A stretch of 64,000 bases of DNA from a virus: the IMG/VR virus record IMGVR_UViG_3300046804_000816, positions 1-64,000 of that record; one strand, 5' to 3'. Numbering within the stretch: position 1 is the first letter of the stretch; every line of letters starts with the position of its first letter. Under the pieces are notes generated by a model. The model saw only the letters and a program-made list of their open reading frames with translations. It was not told the origin of the DNA and ran no database searches. Shown here one piece after another: positions 63,144 to 64,000 of this stretch. The translations under genes were made by a program, and so were the position numbers.

Positions 63144-64000
63144 TGGCTATCGTAGGATCAAACGAAATATTCAAAAAACTATCTTCGCAGATAGAGTCGC
63201 AGTTTCCTGGCTTTATCCGCGAAGAAGGTCCGCAATTTGTTTCGTTTCTAAAAGCATATTTTGAATATCTAGAACAGTCTGGAAACGCTGTAACTGCTAT
63301 TCGTTCGATACAAGACAATCAAGACATCGATAGAACTGTAGACTCGTTCGTTGAATATTTTAGACGAGAGTTTATGAAAGATATTCCAAAGGACGCTCTA
63401 GCCGATCAGCGTCTTTTGACTAAACACATTCGTCAGTTTTATCTTTCGCGCGGTACGCCAGAGTCGTATCGTTTTCTTTTTCGCGCGCTGTACAACAAAG
63501 AAATCGAATTCTATTATCCTGGTGATGATATTCTGCGCGCATCAGACGGTCGTTGGCTAAAAGAATCAAAGCTGCGCGTCGGCGAACCATCAAATATTAA
63601 TCCAACACAATTTGGCGGTATTAAAGTAACAGGAGCAACATCGGGTGCGACTGCTGTAGTACAAAGCGTCGTTTCTATTATCGCTTCAGGTGTTACAGTT
63701 TATGATATGACCGTCGAAACGGTTAGCGGATTGTTTCAAGATGGCGAGCGTATATTTGATGCGGATGGAAACTATGCAACAGTAAACGCACAGATCGGAC
63801 CAATCACTGATATTAATGTTTCATCTGGCGGCGCATTCCATGAGAACGGCGATCTTGTTGAAATTGGTGGAGCATCTTCATCGACAAGCGCAAGAGGAAT
63901 CATCACATCAGTTACAGATACCAGTGCGTTAAACATTCGTCTTGTTAAGACTGGATCTGGATATACGCGAAACAATACAAGAGTTGTTGTTACTGGCGGA
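63143..64000 (+). CDS. baseplate wedge initiator (gp7-like), 3'-truncated by the window edge
   Basis: ATG at 63143; QFP.FIREEGP.FVSFLKAYFEYLE, FYLSRGT.ESY.FLFR.LY and ILRASDG.W motifs; no stop seen. Confidence 0.8.
   Translation, partial: MAIVGSNEIFKKLSSQIESQFPGFIREEGPQFVSFLKAYFEYLEQSGNAVTAIRSIQDNQDIDRTVDSFVEYFRREFMKDIPKDALADQRLLTKHIRQFYLSRGTPESYRFLFRALYNKEIEFYYPGDDILRASDGRWLKESKLRVGEPSNINPTQFGGIKVTGATSGATAVVQSVVSIIASGVTVYDMTVETVSGLFQDGERIFDADGNYATVNAQIGPITDINVSSGGAFHENGDLVEIGGASSSTSARGIITSVTDTSALNIRLVKTGSGYTRNNTRVVVTGG

Overview
This 64-kb window is part of a large T4-like myophage genome. The host is probably an alphaproteobacterium (likely Rhizobiales/Hyphomicrobiales), inferred from an Omp25/RopB-type outer-membrane protein, a permuted two-piece tmRNA and a candidate CtrA box. 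From left to right: (1) virion and lysis genes (holin-like, spanins), primase and a class II ribonucleotide reductase; (2) a cell-envelope/auxiliary block (methyltransferase, BI-1/YccA, three glycosyltransferase-like genes, SAM decarboxylase, peroxiredoxin, porin); (3) an early-promoter island and a tRNA-rich region with structured spacers and an autotransporter-like gene (14 tRNAs in the window overall); (4) RNase H and MazG; (5) a four-gene cassette encoding a TET/JBP-type dioxygenase, a nucleotidyltransferase-kinase fusion, a HAD phosphatase and a TET-associated glycosyltransferase; (6) a second early island of small ORFs, then thyX, phoH, an exonuclease, the tmRNA, kdsA and gp33/gp59/gp32; (7) the baseplate/tail module. 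The most notable candidates are: the TET/JBP cassette, which looks like a post-replicative DNA hypermodification pathway that makes its own NDP-sugar; a ribosome-rescue pair (phage tmRNA plus an ArfA-like peptide whose ORF runs into a tRNA, so RNase P would produce a non-stop mRNA); a -1 frameshift site joining the gp26- and gp51-like ORFs; a consensus antisense sigma70 promoter inside the late baseplate operon; and early promoters embedded in inverted repeats. All assignments come from motif recognition by eye; no searches were run.
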